Source: Candidatus Eiseniibacteriota bacterium
GTDB taxonomy: Bacteria; Joyebacterota; Joyebacteria; Joyebacterales; Joyebacteraceae
Reading direction: 5' to 3'
Assembly (NCBI GenBank): GCA_030622115.1
Contig: JAUXGN010000011.1
Location: 3,232-67,231, forward strand
DNA: 64,000 bases
In this document: positions 26,930-36,996 of the stretch, piece after piece
Numbering within the stretch: position 1 is the first letter of the stretch
Layout of the letters: every line of letters starts with the position of its first letter
Position numbers and translations under genes: made by a program
The notes under the pieces: generated by a model
Databases searched by the model: none
What the model was told of the DNA's origin: nothing
Seen by the model: only the letters and a program-made list of their open reading frames with translations

Positions 26930-27277
26930 CTACGCCTCGCGGAATACCATCCCGTAGTACTTCTCGTACTCCTCGCTCCTGACGACCTCGACCTCTCCTA
27001 TCACCTTCATCCCACTCGCCGGTTCGTCTATCTGGAGCTGCCCCGTAATCCTGATACCGTTCTCGAGCTCAACGATACCAAGCCCGAGCGTCGGCACCTC
27101 AAAGTCCCCCGGAAGGGCGTAGAGCTCGGTGAACGTGACAAGCGTGCCTGCCTTCGGCAACGGCTCCGGATCGAATTCGTTGTGCTCGTTCTCGCCGCAC
27201 TTGGCGCAGACCATGCGGTACGGGTAGTGAAGATGCCCGCACTTCCTGCACCGGTAGGCGTAGATCTCTCGCTTCAT
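26930..27277 (-). CDS. DUF35 Zn-ribbon/OB-fold protein (thiolase partner)
   Basis: MKREIYAYRCRKCGHLHYPYRMVCAKCG rubredoxin-like knuckle followed by an OB-fold. Start set to the ATG at 27277 (GGGAGA upstream). Confidence 0.8.
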   Translation of the reverse strand: MKREIYAYRCRKCGHLHYPYRMVCAKCGENEHNEFDPEPLPKAGTLVTFTELYALPGDFEVPTLGLGIVELENGIRITGQLQIDEPASGMKVIGEVEVVRSEEYEKYYGMVFREA

Positions 27278-27279
27278 TG

Positions 27280-28455
27280 TCAGTTCTCCCTCGCGAACGT
27301 GAGGCACACAACGTTGTTTCCGAAGCCTCCGAAGTTGCACGTGAACCCGATTTTCGGGTCGGCGACCTGTCGCTTGCCCGCCTCACCACGAAGCTGATGC
27401 ACGATCTCATAGGCCTGAGCAACACCGGTCGCCCCGACCGGGTGACCACGCCCCTTGAGCCCTCCGGACGGGTTGATCGGGATCTTCCCTCCGATCTGAG
27501 TCTCACCACGCTCGAGTGCCAGGTGCCCTTCACCCTTCTTGAAGAAACCGACCTCCTCGCTCTCAACGATCTCGAGGATCGTGAATGCGTCGTGGAGTTC
27601 GGCCACTCCAACGTCCGAAGGCCCAACGCCTGCCATTTCGAACGACTGGGCCGCGGCGCGTCTGACCGCAAGAAGGTCCGTAGGTTCATCGCGTTCGTGC
27701 ACGCAGTGCGTGTCGGTCGCCTGCCCAATCCCCGACAGTCTGACGAGAGGTCTGCCCGTCTTCTCTGCGACCTCGCGCGTAGCGAGGATCACACTTGCGC
27801 CTCCGTCCGAGACGGGACAGCAGTCAAAGAACCTGAGTGGATCCGCTATGTACGGGTTGTTCGTCAACGCCTCCGGTGAATCGAGGATGCCCTCGACCGT
27901 GATCGCCTGCTGGATGTGCGCAAACTCGTTCAGAAGAGCGTTGTTCTGATTCTTGACCGCGACCATCGCCAGATGACGCGACGTGACACCGTACTTGTCC
28001 ATGTAGGCCCTCGTGAACATACCGGCCAGCGATGGGAGGGTCACACCGTAGATGTACTCGGCCAGTGGGTGCGTGAGTGTCGCCACGAACTCGGTGACCT
28101 CGAGGTTGTTGACCTCGCGCATCCTCTCAGCTCCCGTCACCGCCACGACATCGTGCACGCCTGACGCGACCGCCAGAAACCCCTGCTTGATCGCGGACCC
28201 GCCTGAGGCCGGACCATTCTCGATGACGTCCGCCCCAGCCGGAGTCAGGCTCAGTGTATCGACAACGGCGCTGGCAAGCCCGGTCTGGTGGTTCACCCGA
28301 CCGCCACCCATGTTGGCAACATAGAGGTGGTCTATCTCTTTGATGCCGGCGTCCTTGAGCGCCATCATCACCGGATACGCGGCGATCTCGGAGAGTGGGA
28401 ACTCGAGACGGGTAAAGGAGGTGATGCCGATTCCGATTGCGTAGACGTCTCTCAT
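27280..28455 (-). CDS. Thiolase-domain protein (archaeal/SCP-x-like type)
   Basis: Thiolase-like N- and C-terminal halves (NPSGGLKGRGHPVGATG, CNFGGFGN). Paired with DUF35. Confidence 0.85.
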   Translation of the reverse strand: MRDVYAIGIGITSFTRLEFPLSEIAAYPVMMALKDAGIKEIDHLYVANMGGGRVNHQTGLASAVVDTLSLTPAGADVIENGPASGGSAIKQGFLAVASGVHDVVAVTGAERMREVNNLEVTEFVATLTHPLAEYIYGVTLPSLAGMFTRAYMDKYGVTSRHLAMVAVKNQNNALLNEFAHIQQAITVEGILDSPEALTNNPYIADPLRFFDCCPVSDGGASVILATREVAEKTGRPLVRLSGIGQATDTHCVHERDEPTDLLAVRRAAAQSFEMAGVGPSDVGVAELHDAFTILEIVESEEVGFFKKGEGHLALERGETQIGGKIPINPSGGLKGRGHPVGATGVAQAYEIVHQLRGEAGKRQVADPKIGFTCNFGGFGNNVVCLTFAREN

Positions 28456-29207
28456 TTCCCCTCCTTCTCATGCTGCATCCACCGCTGGAGTATGAGAGCC
28501 GTGCCGGTCGGGTCGTACATGGAGCGGGTCGCCGCGAGAAGATCCTCGGGCGGCGTCGGCGGATCTGAAGGCGGGAGGATCGCTTCCATCGCCTTCGCCA
28601 GAAGAGCATCCGGAACGGGGCGTCTGCCGATCACAAGCGTGCCGCGCGCCTTCTCGAAGATATCTTTCGTGAGCGCGTAGGAGGGCGGACCGCCCAGTTC
28701 GTGCGGGATCTCAAAGCGCTTCTCGAGGTTGTACTCGATCATCCAACGCCTGAACCCGATCGGTGACTCGGCAACGATAAGGACTTCCTTATGACCCAGG
28801 ATGTCCATGTGATACTCCATCTTCGTCGCGAAGGCGTGGGCGCCGATACGAAGCCCGCGGCGGAGGGCCAGAGTGTGAAGCGACATCCCCGTACCATCAC
28901 CCACGCTGCGCCCGTTCACAACGGCGCAGAGTTCGCCGTCTATCTGGGCCACAAGCACGTACTCGTCCTGCATGCGGTGCCGGTAGTATGCGAGAAGCTC
29001 CGCGTAGACGCGCGCGGCGACAACATCGTAGAAATCTCTCTCGACGGACATGAGAGGGGCGACATGTATGAGGATGTCCGGGATCTCGTCCCGCGTGACC
29101 TGCCGGATGACCATCTCCTCCCCGCTCGCGATCGTCATGTACTTGGGCGGAAATGGGGGCATCTCGTGATCAACAGGACGGAGGATCTTCTCGAGGTCAA
29201 CGGGCAT
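28452..29207 (-). CDS. Hypothetical protein, possibly GNAT-fold; first gene of the operon
   Basis: ATG at 29207 with AAGGAGA upstream and a 4-nt overlap with the thiolase gene. No diagnostic motif recognised. Confidence 0.55.
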   Translation of the reverse strand: MPVDLEKILRPVDHEMPPFPPKYMTIASGEEMVIRQVTRDEIPDILIHVAPLMSVERDFYDVVAARVYAELLAYYRHRMQDEYVLVAQIDGELCAVVNGRSVGDGTGMSLHTLALRRGLRIGAHAFATKMEYHMDILGHKEVLIVAESPIGFRRWMIEYNLEKRFEIPHELGGPPSYALTKDIFEKARGTLVIGRRPVPDALLAKAMEAILPPSDPPTPPEDLLAATRSMYDPTGTALILQRWMQHEKEGK

Positions 29208-29397
29208 AATGCGTCTCCTTCGGAGTCTGGGCGAAGCGCTCTACAAGGGGATTCCCTACGATTGACTATGCGGTACAGCAAGAATAGCAGGAACCGGATG
29301 TCGGGACAAGGAGTGGTAAGGCCGGCAGCGAGGCCGGTATGAAGCATCAGGCGGACAGGGGGCATCAGACAGACAAGGGCGTCACCATCCGCTCCAT

Positions 29398-30903
29398 CTA
29401 TCTCCACCGCGCCCAATCTGTTGGGAAATCGGCCGGAAGACGGATCACTTCAAAGAGACTGGCGATGTACTCCCGTTTCGTCCCTGTCTGTGCGGGGTTC
29501 ACGTACTTCCATACGGTGGTCCCATCCGGGGTGACCTCGAAGGCTTTCCCCCGGTCAGTCTCGGTAATGAGAGTGTTGCCATTCGGAAGTCGTATGCTGG
29601 AACCACACTCCCTTGACCGAAAGTCCACCGGATTCATGCCCTGATAGATCCAGACCGCGCTCCCGGCAACCACGTCAAGCTCGATGACCCTGGAAGCTCC
29701 CTCGTTCCCCCGGTTATCGAAGATCATCATGTGTCCGTTCTCGAGGATGGTCGCCTGGTGCGGTGCACCCCAGCCCCCCGCCAGTGCCCACACGGCGCTC
29801 TCTTCCTCCATATCGATAACGGCAACGAGATCGAGTTCCCTGATGGTCACAAGGACGAAGCCTTTCCGGAAGGCGGGGATCTCATCGGAGAGCTTTCCAT
29901 CGAGCACCTCGACGGTGTTCGTGTGGAAGATGTCCCCCGACTCCTCGGCAAGGTCGAGTGCCCATGCGTATTCGGAATTCTCGAGCGCATCGAGGATCGA
30001 GACACGTCTGAGTTCCTCGCCGTCAGAGTTCAGAACGGCGATGTAGTCCTCGAGGATGGCGTGATCGGGATTGTACCTGGGCACGATGTGCGCCTCGCGG
30101 GTCAGCACATAGATGGTCCCATCATCCATGACATCAAGGTCATGATGGAATCCACCGAGGTTTGCCCAGATGAGCCTGGAGTCCTTGTCGACTTTGACGA
30201 TGGCGAGTCCATCGAACACCGCCAGGACATCACCGTTCTCGAAGAGGTGGGCGCGCCGCCAGAAGCCCGAACCCTTGGCTGAAGCTCGCAGCTTGGGGCG
30301 CGAACTCTGTTTCCATGCGCTCATGTAGCTGTATGCCCACTTGTGGAGAACGTTGCCCTCCATGTCCATGAGTACCGCCCCCGGCGCGTCTCCCGTGGTG
30401 TAGAAGTTGAGCCCGTCCTGCGTGCGTGGCCTGTCGTAGACCGTGACGCCCGAGAGCAGCGGCGCCGGCTGCGATCCGGACAGGTACCCGATCGACCTCA
30501 GCCGCTCGATCTCGGCCTCCTGCTCAGGCGTGAGGCCCATCTGTTCATCGAAGGGGATCTCCCTCCAGTCATCGACATGCCAGCGACCGTGCGGCTTCTC
30601 CCACTCAGCGATGACATCAAGGGCATCACTCGGACCGTCTGGCGCAACAGTTCCCCTCGAATCGCCCGGCGGAACGCTCCCGCGCGGACCGGCTCGCACC
30701 AGGTGGAACACGACGACCGCAAGCACGCAGCACGCCACCGCTCCCACGACAATCCACAGCCACCGCACATTCGGCTTCACCTGGATCTCCTCCGCGTACG
30801 CATGGCCGGTCCCGGTCCCTTCTCCCAAGCGCCCCGGTGCCCGCAGAAGCCCTCTGCTCGAAGGCTCGCTCAATGTCATCGTACCACATCTCCAGGGCTT
30901 CAT
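29398..30903 (-). CDS. Arylsulfotransferase (ASST)-like beta-propeller protein with N-terminal membrane anchor
   Basis: TM segment WLWIVVGAVACCVLAVVVF; FHHDLDVMDDGTIYVL, IFHTNTVEVLDG and NGNTLITETDRGKAFEVTPDG patterns. The start may instead be the ATG at 30879. Confidence 0.65.
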   Translation of the reverse strand: MKPWRCGTMTLSEPSSRGLLRAPGRLGEGTGTGHAYAEEIQVKPNVRWLWIVVGAVACCVLAVVVFHLVRAGPRGSVPPGDSRGTVAPDGPSDALDVIAEWEKPHGRWHVDDWREIPFDEQMGLTPEQEAEIERLRSIGYLSGSQPAPLLSGVTVYDRPRTQDGLNFYTTGDAPGAVLMDMEGNVLHKWAYSYMSAWKQSSRPKLRASAKGSGFWRRAHLFENGDVLAVFDGLAIVKVDKDSRLIWANLGGFHHDLDVMDDGTIYVLTREAHIVPRYNPDHAILEDYIAVLNSDGEELRRVSILDALENSEYAWALDLAEESGDIFHTNTVEVLDGKLSDEIPAFRKGFVLVTIRELDLVAVIDMEEESAVWALAGGWGAPHQATILENGHMMIFDNRGNEGASRVIELDVVAGSAVWIYQGMNPVDFRSRECGSSIRLPNGNTLITETDRGKAFEVTPDGTTVWKYVNPAQTGTKREYIASLFEVIRLPADFPTDWARWR

Positions 30904-31082
30904 TTCAGATGAAACCCCTTCGTCCCGCGCGGTGTCTGATGTAAGGAGTGAGGAGCCCGCTTAGGCTCCGGAAAGGAACAGTGATTATGAGCATATCGAG
31001 GAGAGCAAAGCAGCTACGCAGACGGCTCGGATACTTCAGATTCGTTTAGCAGGCTATTCGTCCCGCAGACCCAGCCAGTGCG

Positions 31083-31112
31083 ACGGCGCCCCGGTGAAAA
31101 CCGGGGCGCCGT
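31083..31112 (-). terminator. Strong hairpin downstream of the methyltransferase gene
   Basis: ACGGCGCCCCGG-TGAAAA-CCGGGGCGCCGT, a perfect 12-bp stem. No U-tract. Confidence 0.45.
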
Positions 31113-31200
31113 GTGCGACCGGCATCCATTCAAGTCTCTCGCCTGCCAAGGCGGCGTTCGGCGACAAGCTCGATGGCTTCCGCCATCCACTCCCGTTGCT

Positions 31201-31782
31201 CTAATCCTCCGGTCGTTCGAACACCGCGGAGCGACTCAGACTGATATGCGGCCTCTCAATCAATCTCAGCCCCATCAGTCTCGCGCACGTGATCGTCTCC
31301 TCGAAATCCGTTTCAGACACGTGCGTCCGTGGCTCCATCACGAGGAACCGCGCACCGGGCTTGAGAAGCGAACGGACCTCCGACATGAATGCTGCCATAT
31401 CGGGCACCTCGTGCACGACCCAGCACGCCAGTGCGAAATCGAACTGCCTGTCGAGGCCGATCCTGTCGGGTGTCGCGCGATGCGTTGCTATCTGTTCGGC
31501 AACACCGGCGCGCTCCGCCCGCTTTTCCAGCACCCCGAACATCTCCGGTTGTATGTCGGCGGCGACGACAAAACCGTTCTTTCCCACGAGCTTCGCCATG
31601 CCGATCGAGAAGAAACCGAGTCCGCAGCCGATATCCAGCACCGTTGACCCGGGCGAGATATACGAACCAAGCAACTTCGGCGGAGCGTGGAACAGGCGCC
31701 GGAATCGATTGTCGAACGTGTATGCCATCCATTTCGGACAGACGTGGCCATGAGCATTCCCGTGCTTGGTTTCAGATGCCAT
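31201..31782 (-). CDS. Class I SAM-dependent methyltransferase
   Basis: VLDIGCGLGFFSIGMA motif I, followed by VVAADIQ. Confidence 0.85.
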   Translation of the reverse strand: MASETKHGNAHGHVCPKWMAYTFDNRFRRLFHAPPKLLGSYISPGSTVLDIGCGLGFFSIGMAKLVGKNGFVVAADIQPEMFGVLEKRAERAGVAEQIATHRATPDRIGLDRQFDFALACWVVHEVPDMAAFMSEVRSLLKPGARFLVMEPRTHVSETDFEETITCARLMGLRLIERPHISLSRSAVFERPED

Positions 31783-31794
31783 CGTGATCTCCTC

Positions 31795-34128
31795 CTACCT
31801 CTCCCTACCGAGCGCCTGCGTCTTCATGATCAGCGTTGGTGTAAGGAAGTAGTCAGCCAACAGCGCGGACAGGACGGCCACTATGGACACAGCTGCGAAG
31901 TGCGAGTACGACTTGCTCACCGACGTCGCGAATACGGAGAACCCCAGCACGATTATCACCGTCGTCATCGTTATGGCGGTGCCGACTGAGTGGAACGTCT
32001 CGCGATTCGCTTGCGCGTAGCTGCCGGTGCGATGGAAGGCCTGCTTGAAGTGGTTGATGTAGTGAATTGTGTCGTCGACCGCGATGCCGAGTATGATCGG
32101 AGCCACCATCATGGTCGTAAAATTGATGGTGATGCCCGTCCGCGCCATCATCCCGGCGGCGAGAACCACGGGCACGATGTTCGGTACCATCGCTATCAAC
32201 CCCAGACGCACATTGCCGAATGCGACCATCATGACGACGCTGATACACAGAAGCGCTATCAGAACCGATTTGATCTGACCGCTCACCATGTAGTTTGTCA
32301 TCCGGGCGAATTGGACGATGATGCCGGTCAACCCAAACTTCGCGTCAGGGAAGAGCTCCTCACAACGCTCCTGGACATGGTGCAGCTGATCTTCCACCTG
32401 AGTCGAGGAGAACCGGCGCAGTTCGACGTTCAGCCGCAAGACACGGTAGTCGTAGTCGACCCAGTTCTCCTGATCCGAGCCACCCGACATCTCATACAAC
32501 AGCAGTTGTTGCGCCACGAGATCTCGCCCTTCGCCGATCGTGTAGTACTCGGGATCCCCGTCATTGAGTACCTGGTTCAGATCCTTGACGATGTCCGTGA
32601 TGGACGTCGTCCTCTTCACAACCTCCGTCTCCTCGAGTTCCCGAGCGAGCGCGTCCAGCTTCCGCAGCGTCTCGGGGTCCTTCGCCATCCCATCCTCCGG
32701 GAACTCCAGTGTCACATCGTACGCATAGAGCGACCCGATCTGGTCGGCGATGTAGAAGATCTTCCCGACACAGGGAACCCGCCTTCCCATCACCTTCAGC
32801 GAATCCGTATCAACAACGAGACCCAGCATTGAGATGCCGGCCGCGATCGTCACAACAGTGAAAACGACGATGATAACCCGTCCGTGCCCCCGAACCCATT
32901 CACCCAGCTTCACCAGCCCGGTTTCCATCCGCCCGCCTCCCCCACGAGCGAAATCAGGATCCGGCTCGCGGTCCTTTCCAAAACTGAGAAGGGCCGGCGT
33001 CAGCGCCATGACTAGGGGATACGCGGCGAGCACCAGACCCGAGGCAGCGAACCCCAGCCATCTGATAGCTGAAATCTCGACCACCGTGAAGGACAGGAAA
33101 CCCAGCACGGTTGTGAATGCCGTGAAGAGAACGGGCCAGCCCGTATGTTCAAGAGCGTGCGCGACCGAGTCCTTTCGATTCCCGGTAGCGAGGAAGTGCT
33201 GTTTGAAGAAGGTAACGATGTGAACCGAGTATCCGACTGAGATGACAACGAGGAGCATGACCGGGATCGTGGCGATCATCGGGATTATCTTCACACCGAT
33301 GTAGCCCATGATGCCGAAGACCCACAGAATGGCGGAGAACGCCGTGAAGATGGGAGCGAACACCGCCCTGATCGACCGAAGCGACACTCCGAGTACGATC
33401 ATCATGGTGAGAACCGTGAGCGAGAAGATCCGGGCCCCCTCTCGCTTGAACCAGAGCTCCTTTTCGGCGGAAAAGATGGGCATCCCCCCGGACAGCAGCG
33501 TGTGGTCGCGGTACTCCTCCCTGGCCAGGATCTCGTTCACCTTCGTCCCAACCAGGACCTCACCCCGCGCCTCACTCCCGTTCATGTCCGCGTACTTGTG
33601 AAGCCGGAGAAGAACGGCCGCCTGCGTACCGTCCCGCGAGAAGAGCCGGTCCACAAGAAACGGCTTCGTCATCGCACGCGCGCGTATCTCCGCGAGAACA
33701 GCAGGATCCGTCGGGATCTCCTCGGGGACAAGCTCGTCCACGATGATCCCATCCTCGGTACCCTCCGTGAAATCCAGGTGGGCGATCGATGTCACCTTGT
33801 CGGCGAATGGAACCTCTTTCTCAAGATCCTCTCCAAGTCTCCGCATCATCGCGAGCGTTTCGCTGGAGAAGACGTCGTCGGCCTCGACCAGCACGAGTGC
33901 ATAGTCGTTGTTGCCAAAGACCTCCTCGAACTCGTCGCGCGCGAGACGAAGCGGATCCCCTTCGAGCAGCCATCCCTCCATCGAGTTGTCCTGCTCAACA
34001 CGCATTACACCCGGTATCGACAGGATGTTGAGAACAACGACCGCAGCTATGATCAACCATCGGAATCGGATGATCTCTACCGCGCGCCTCTTGAACCACG
34101 CGTTGATCCTTTCTATTCGTTCCGACAT
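31795..34128 (-). CDS. RND-superfamily (MMPL/HpnN-like) exporter
   Basis: Two 6-TM bundles separated by large loops, 777 aa. ATG at 34128 with GGAGG upstream. Confidence 0.85.
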   Translation of the reverse strand: MSERIERINAWFKRRAVEIIRFRWLIIAAVVVLNILSIPGVMRVEQDNSMEGWLLEGDPLRLARDEFEEVFGNNDYALVLVEADDVFSSETLAMMRRLGEDLEKEVPFADKVTSIAHLDFTEGTEDGIIVDELVPEEIPTDPAVLAEIRARAMTKPFLVDRLFSRDGTQAAVLLRLHKYADMNGSEARGEVLVGTKVNEILAREEYRDHTLLSGGMPIFSAEKELWFKREGARIFSLTVLTMMIVLGVSLRSIRAVFAPIFTAFSAILWVFGIMGYIGVKIIPMIATIPVMLLVVISVGYSVHIVTFFKQHFLATGNRKDSVAHALEHTGWPVLFTAFTTVLGFLSFTVVEISAIRWLGFAASGLVLAAYPLVMALTPALLSFGKDREPDPDFARGGGGRMETGLVKLGEWVRGHGRVIIVVFTVVTIAAGISMLGLVVDTDSLKVMGRRVPCVGKIFYIADQIGSLYAYDVTLEFPEDGMAKDPETLRKLDALARELEETEVVKRTTSITDIVKDLNQVLNDGDPEYYTIGEGRDLVAQQLLLYEMSGGSDQENWVDYDYRVLRLNVELRRFSSTQVEDQLHHVQERCEELFPDAKFGLTGIIVQFARMTNYMVSGQIKSVLIALLCISVVMMVAFGNVRLGLIAMVPNIVPVVLAAGMMARTGITINFTTMMVAPIILGIAVDDTIHYINHFKQAFHRTGSYAQANRETFHSVGTAITMTTVIIVLGFSVFATSVSKSYSHFAAVSIVAVLSALLADYFLTPTLIMKTQALGRER

Positions 34129-34145
34129 GGCCTTCCTCCCGTAGC

Positions 34146-35447
34146 TCAGAAGCTGTACTTGGCCCTCACCCAGATCTGATCGTTGTCGTCGTACGAGCCG
34201 AATCTTCCGCCATCTCCGCTGAGAAAGTCCATCCCCCCGGAGATGTGGAGTGCATCCGCAAGCTCATAGTCAGCAGCCATCCGCGCGTACCGGTCGTTGT
34301 CACTCAGGCCGAAGTACGCCATCCCGGACAGCTCGAGGCTCTCTCTGAGGAACGTCTTCGAGACGCTCGTGGTGACGAGCATCGTGTGCTCGTCGTCCGC
34401 GATCGCCTCCTCATAGTCAAGGATGAGGCCGTCGACGAACTGCGCAGTGATGGTCCAGTTGCGTCCGGGACTCCAGTCCGCCCCAAGCATCCACTTGAGA
34501 ACGTCTCTTTCGAACACCTCTTCCGAAAGCTCGTCCGTGGGCTCGAAACAGAGCCCGGTGAAGTAGGCCGCCTCCGCGCGGAGAACGATATCACCCCACG
34601 GCTTTGACAGCTCCGCTCCATAGAAGGTCGTACGCTCATACTCCGGATGGAAGCTGACCCGAACGGAATCGCCTTGCGACACCACGTCCCGATACGCCGT
34701 GGGAGTATCGTGCCACGTGCGAAAGCAGGAGATCGCGACGTCGACCGCCGACGTGTAGATGCTCGCCTTAGCGGCGAACTCACCGTTCTCCAGATTGAAC
34801 TCCGGCTCCGATACCGCCTGGTACTCGACGTCCACGCCGGCGGGGAACTCGGTCTCTCTGAACCACGGGCTTCCCTGTGGCGGGAGCGCGGCCGGGATGA
34901 ACCGCGGCAGCCAGATGAACTCCAGGTCGAAGCTGTTCCCCAGGTATCGCCACTTCGCCGCATCTACCGGTATCCGGGTATCGTCGTATTCCGCTGCGAA
35001 GAACTCCGCGTGGTCGCGCGGACAGATGATGTCTGTTATAGCCAACCCGTCCGCCTTGCCCCACACGATGATCTGGCGTCCGACTCTCAGATCCCAGCTG
35101 TCCGCTACGTACTCGATGAACGCCTCGCGGAGTTCCACTCCCTTCTCGCCGGGGACTACGCCGTCTTCTGTGGCATTCACGCTCAGGTACGCCCAGGTCT
35201 CTCCCTCGCACATCCAGCTCTCGATGCGCGCCCGGGTTCTGGAGGTGATGAAATCATGCGGTTCCCCGAATCGCACGCCGTAGTGGGAATCGACAAAGCC
35301 GTGTGTGTCGAATTCGGCCGCCTGGGCCTCATCCGGCGAAAACGGAAGAAGGGAGGTGATCAAGGCCAGGGCCACCGTGATTGCGGCCGGCGCTGTGATC
35401 CGGATGGCCGCCGCAACGGTCGCCGATGCCACAGTCCGGATGGTCAT
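34146..35447 (-). CDS. Outer-membrane beta-barrel protein (DUF1302/alginate-export-like)
   Basis: Signal-like N-terminus, RVGRQIIVWGKADG motif, terminal ...RAKYSF. ATGA overlap with the upstream gene. Confidence 0.6.
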   Translation of the reverse strand: MTIRTVASATVAAAIRITAPAAITVALALITSLLPFSPDEAQAAEFDTHGFVDSHYGVRFGEPHDFITSRTRARIESWMCEGETWAYLSVNATEDGVVPGEKGVELREAFIEYVADSWDLRVGRQIIVWGKADGLAITDIICPRDHAEFFAAEYDDTRIPVDAAKWRYLGNSFDLEFIWLPRFIPAALPPQGSPWFRETEFPAGVDVEYQAVSEPEFNLENGEFAAKASIYTSAVDVAISCFRTWHDTPTAYRDVVSQGDSVRVSFHPEYERTTFYGAELSKPWGDIVLRAEAAYFTGLCFEPTDELSEEVFERDVLKWMLGADWSPGRNWTITAQFVDGLILDYEEAIADDEHTMLVTTSVSKTFLRESLELSGMAYFGLSDNDRYARMAADYELADALHISGGMDFLSGDGGRFGSYDDNDQIWVRAKYSF

Positions 35448-36238
35448 TGGATCCTTCCCCTCTCAAGCGTCGAGACCTTGAACAGGTTGTCTGACAGGCC
35501 GATGTTGTAGTGCAGATCGTCGTACACGATCGTCGTCCGGTGTTCCTCGAGGACGTTTTCCATCTCCATCTCGTATATGCTCCAGAAGCCATCGATCTCA
35601 CGCACGTCCATGACGGTGAGAATCTTGAGGAGTTCCCCTTGCCTCTCGTAGAACTCGACACGAGCAGGCAGGAGAACGTCCTTGCGAATCCAGCGCACGA
35701 CTCGTGAGTACATGTAGTCCTCATCCACGGGCACGGCCTCGACGACCCAGCACTCGTGTCCGCCAAACTCCTCCTCGTGCAGGAGTTCATGCACGTCCTC
35801 ATCCACACTGCGGTCACCCAGGTCGTCGTAGGTGAAGTCGGTGCCCATGAAGTACTCATTCTTCGAAGACCCCGCGATCCGACGAGTTCTCCTGAGCGCC
35901 GGCATGTAGAGCCACTTGTCGTCCTGCTTCTCCGGGTCCTCATACTCGAACTGAAGGAAAGCCGTTCCCTTCACATCCGCCGGTGCCTCGAAGTACATGA
36001 GGCTCTTCGTGTCTACTCCGTAGTCCTTGTCGAAGGACGCCACGGTCCGCACCCTCGTCTTGCCTCTGCTGTTGGTGAGAGTCAGCGTCATCGTTCCCTT
36101 TCTGTCGTCGCCGTCTGGTCTCTCATCCACCATGACGGCGATATTGCGGCCCGTCAGCTCGCCTGCGGCGCCTGAGTTCGCAACCGCCGCCGTCGCGAGC
36201 AGGATCAGGAGCAATGTGCTGATGACTCGGTGACACAT
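35444..36238 (-). CDS. LolA-like outer-membrane lipoprotein-sorting protein
   Basis: Signal peptide MCHRVISTLLLILLATAAVA; KWLYMPALRRTRRI and GTDFTYDDL motifs typical of this family next to RND exporters. Confidence 0.75.
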   Translation of the reverse strand: MCHRVISTLLLILLATAAVANSGAAGELTGRNIAVMVDERPDGDDRKGTMTLTLTNSRGKTRVRTVASFDKDYGVDTKSLMYFEAPADVKGTAFLQFEYEDPEKQDDKWLYMPALRRTRRIAGSSKNEYFMGTDFTYDDLGDRSVDEDVHELLHEEEFGGHECWVVEAVPVDEDYMYSRVVRWIRKDVLLPARVEFYERQGELLKILTVMDVREIDGFWSIYEMEMENVLEEHRTTIVYDDLHYNIGLSDNLFKVSTLERGRIQ

Positions 36239-36291
36239 GTCGGACCTCCTGTCTCAAAAACGAACATGGTTTAGCCGCGTTCCAAAAAAAA

Positions 36292-36927
36292 CTACTCTTC
36301 ATTCCCCAGGCCCACTACCGCCCTCATCCCCGGGTACGAGAATCTCACAAGCTCATCCGCGTATCTTTCCATGTCCTTCAGTGGAACATCGTGCATGAGC
36401 ATCTCAACAAACGCATTGACGAAGAACCCGCTCGTGTTGTGAATGAAGAACTGTGACACGCCGGCCGCCCCTCCGGTTTTGGGGCTCCTCTTGCCGAGCT
36501 TCCGGAAGCACTGCATGTGCCCTCGCGTGTGTTCCTCTATCAGCTCGTCGTGGAACCCGCTCAGAGATGAACCCTCCGATTTGAAGAAGATGAGCTTGAG
36601 ATCCTCGCGATGCTCGTCCACATAGGCAACGATGATCTTCATCATCTCCTTCTGCCGCTCAAACCGCTTGAAGCCGTGTTCGTCAAGATCCTGGAGCAAG
36701 GGCGACGTCTCACGTATCACGACGGCTCTGAGTCCATCAACCGTCGGACCGACAACGGCACGGAAGAGCCGGTCCTTGCTCTCGAAGTAGTTGTAGACGT
36801 TGCTGAGCGACGTCCCCGCCCGCTTCGCGATCGCACGCATGCTTGCCCCGGTGAAGCTCCTTGCGACAAACTCGTGCCGGGCGGCTTTGAGAATCCCTTC
36901 TCTCACCTCTTCCTTCTTGACCTGCAT
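36292..36927 (-). CDS. TetR/AcrR-family transcriptional regulator
   Basis: HTH segment FTGASMRAIAKRAGTSLSNVYNYFESK. The start is uncertain (ATG at 36927 or GTG at 36969). Confidence 0.85.
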   Translation of the reverse strand: MQVKKEEVREGILKAARHEFVARSFTGASMRAIAKRAGTSLSNVYNYFESKDRLFRAVVGPTVDGLRAVVIRETSPLLQDLDEHGFKRFERQKEMMKIIVAYVDEHREDLKLIFFKSEGSSLSGFHDELIEEHTRGHMQCFRKLGKRSPKTGGAAGVSQFFIHNTSGFFVNAFVEMLMHDVPLKDMERYADELVRFSYPGMRAVVGLGNEE

Positions 36928-36996
36928 GCCGTGCCGCCCGTCTGTAGTCCCAACGTGATGGCTCCACACCCAACAACGAATGCTGTTCTCTATACA

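Noticed and set aside
30987-31049. 20-codon ORF MSISRRAKQLRRRLGYFRFV in the ASST / methyltransferase spacer
   Set aside because: Only a weak SD-like AAGGAA, no recognisable family, and it is very short. Sequence alone gives insufficient support.
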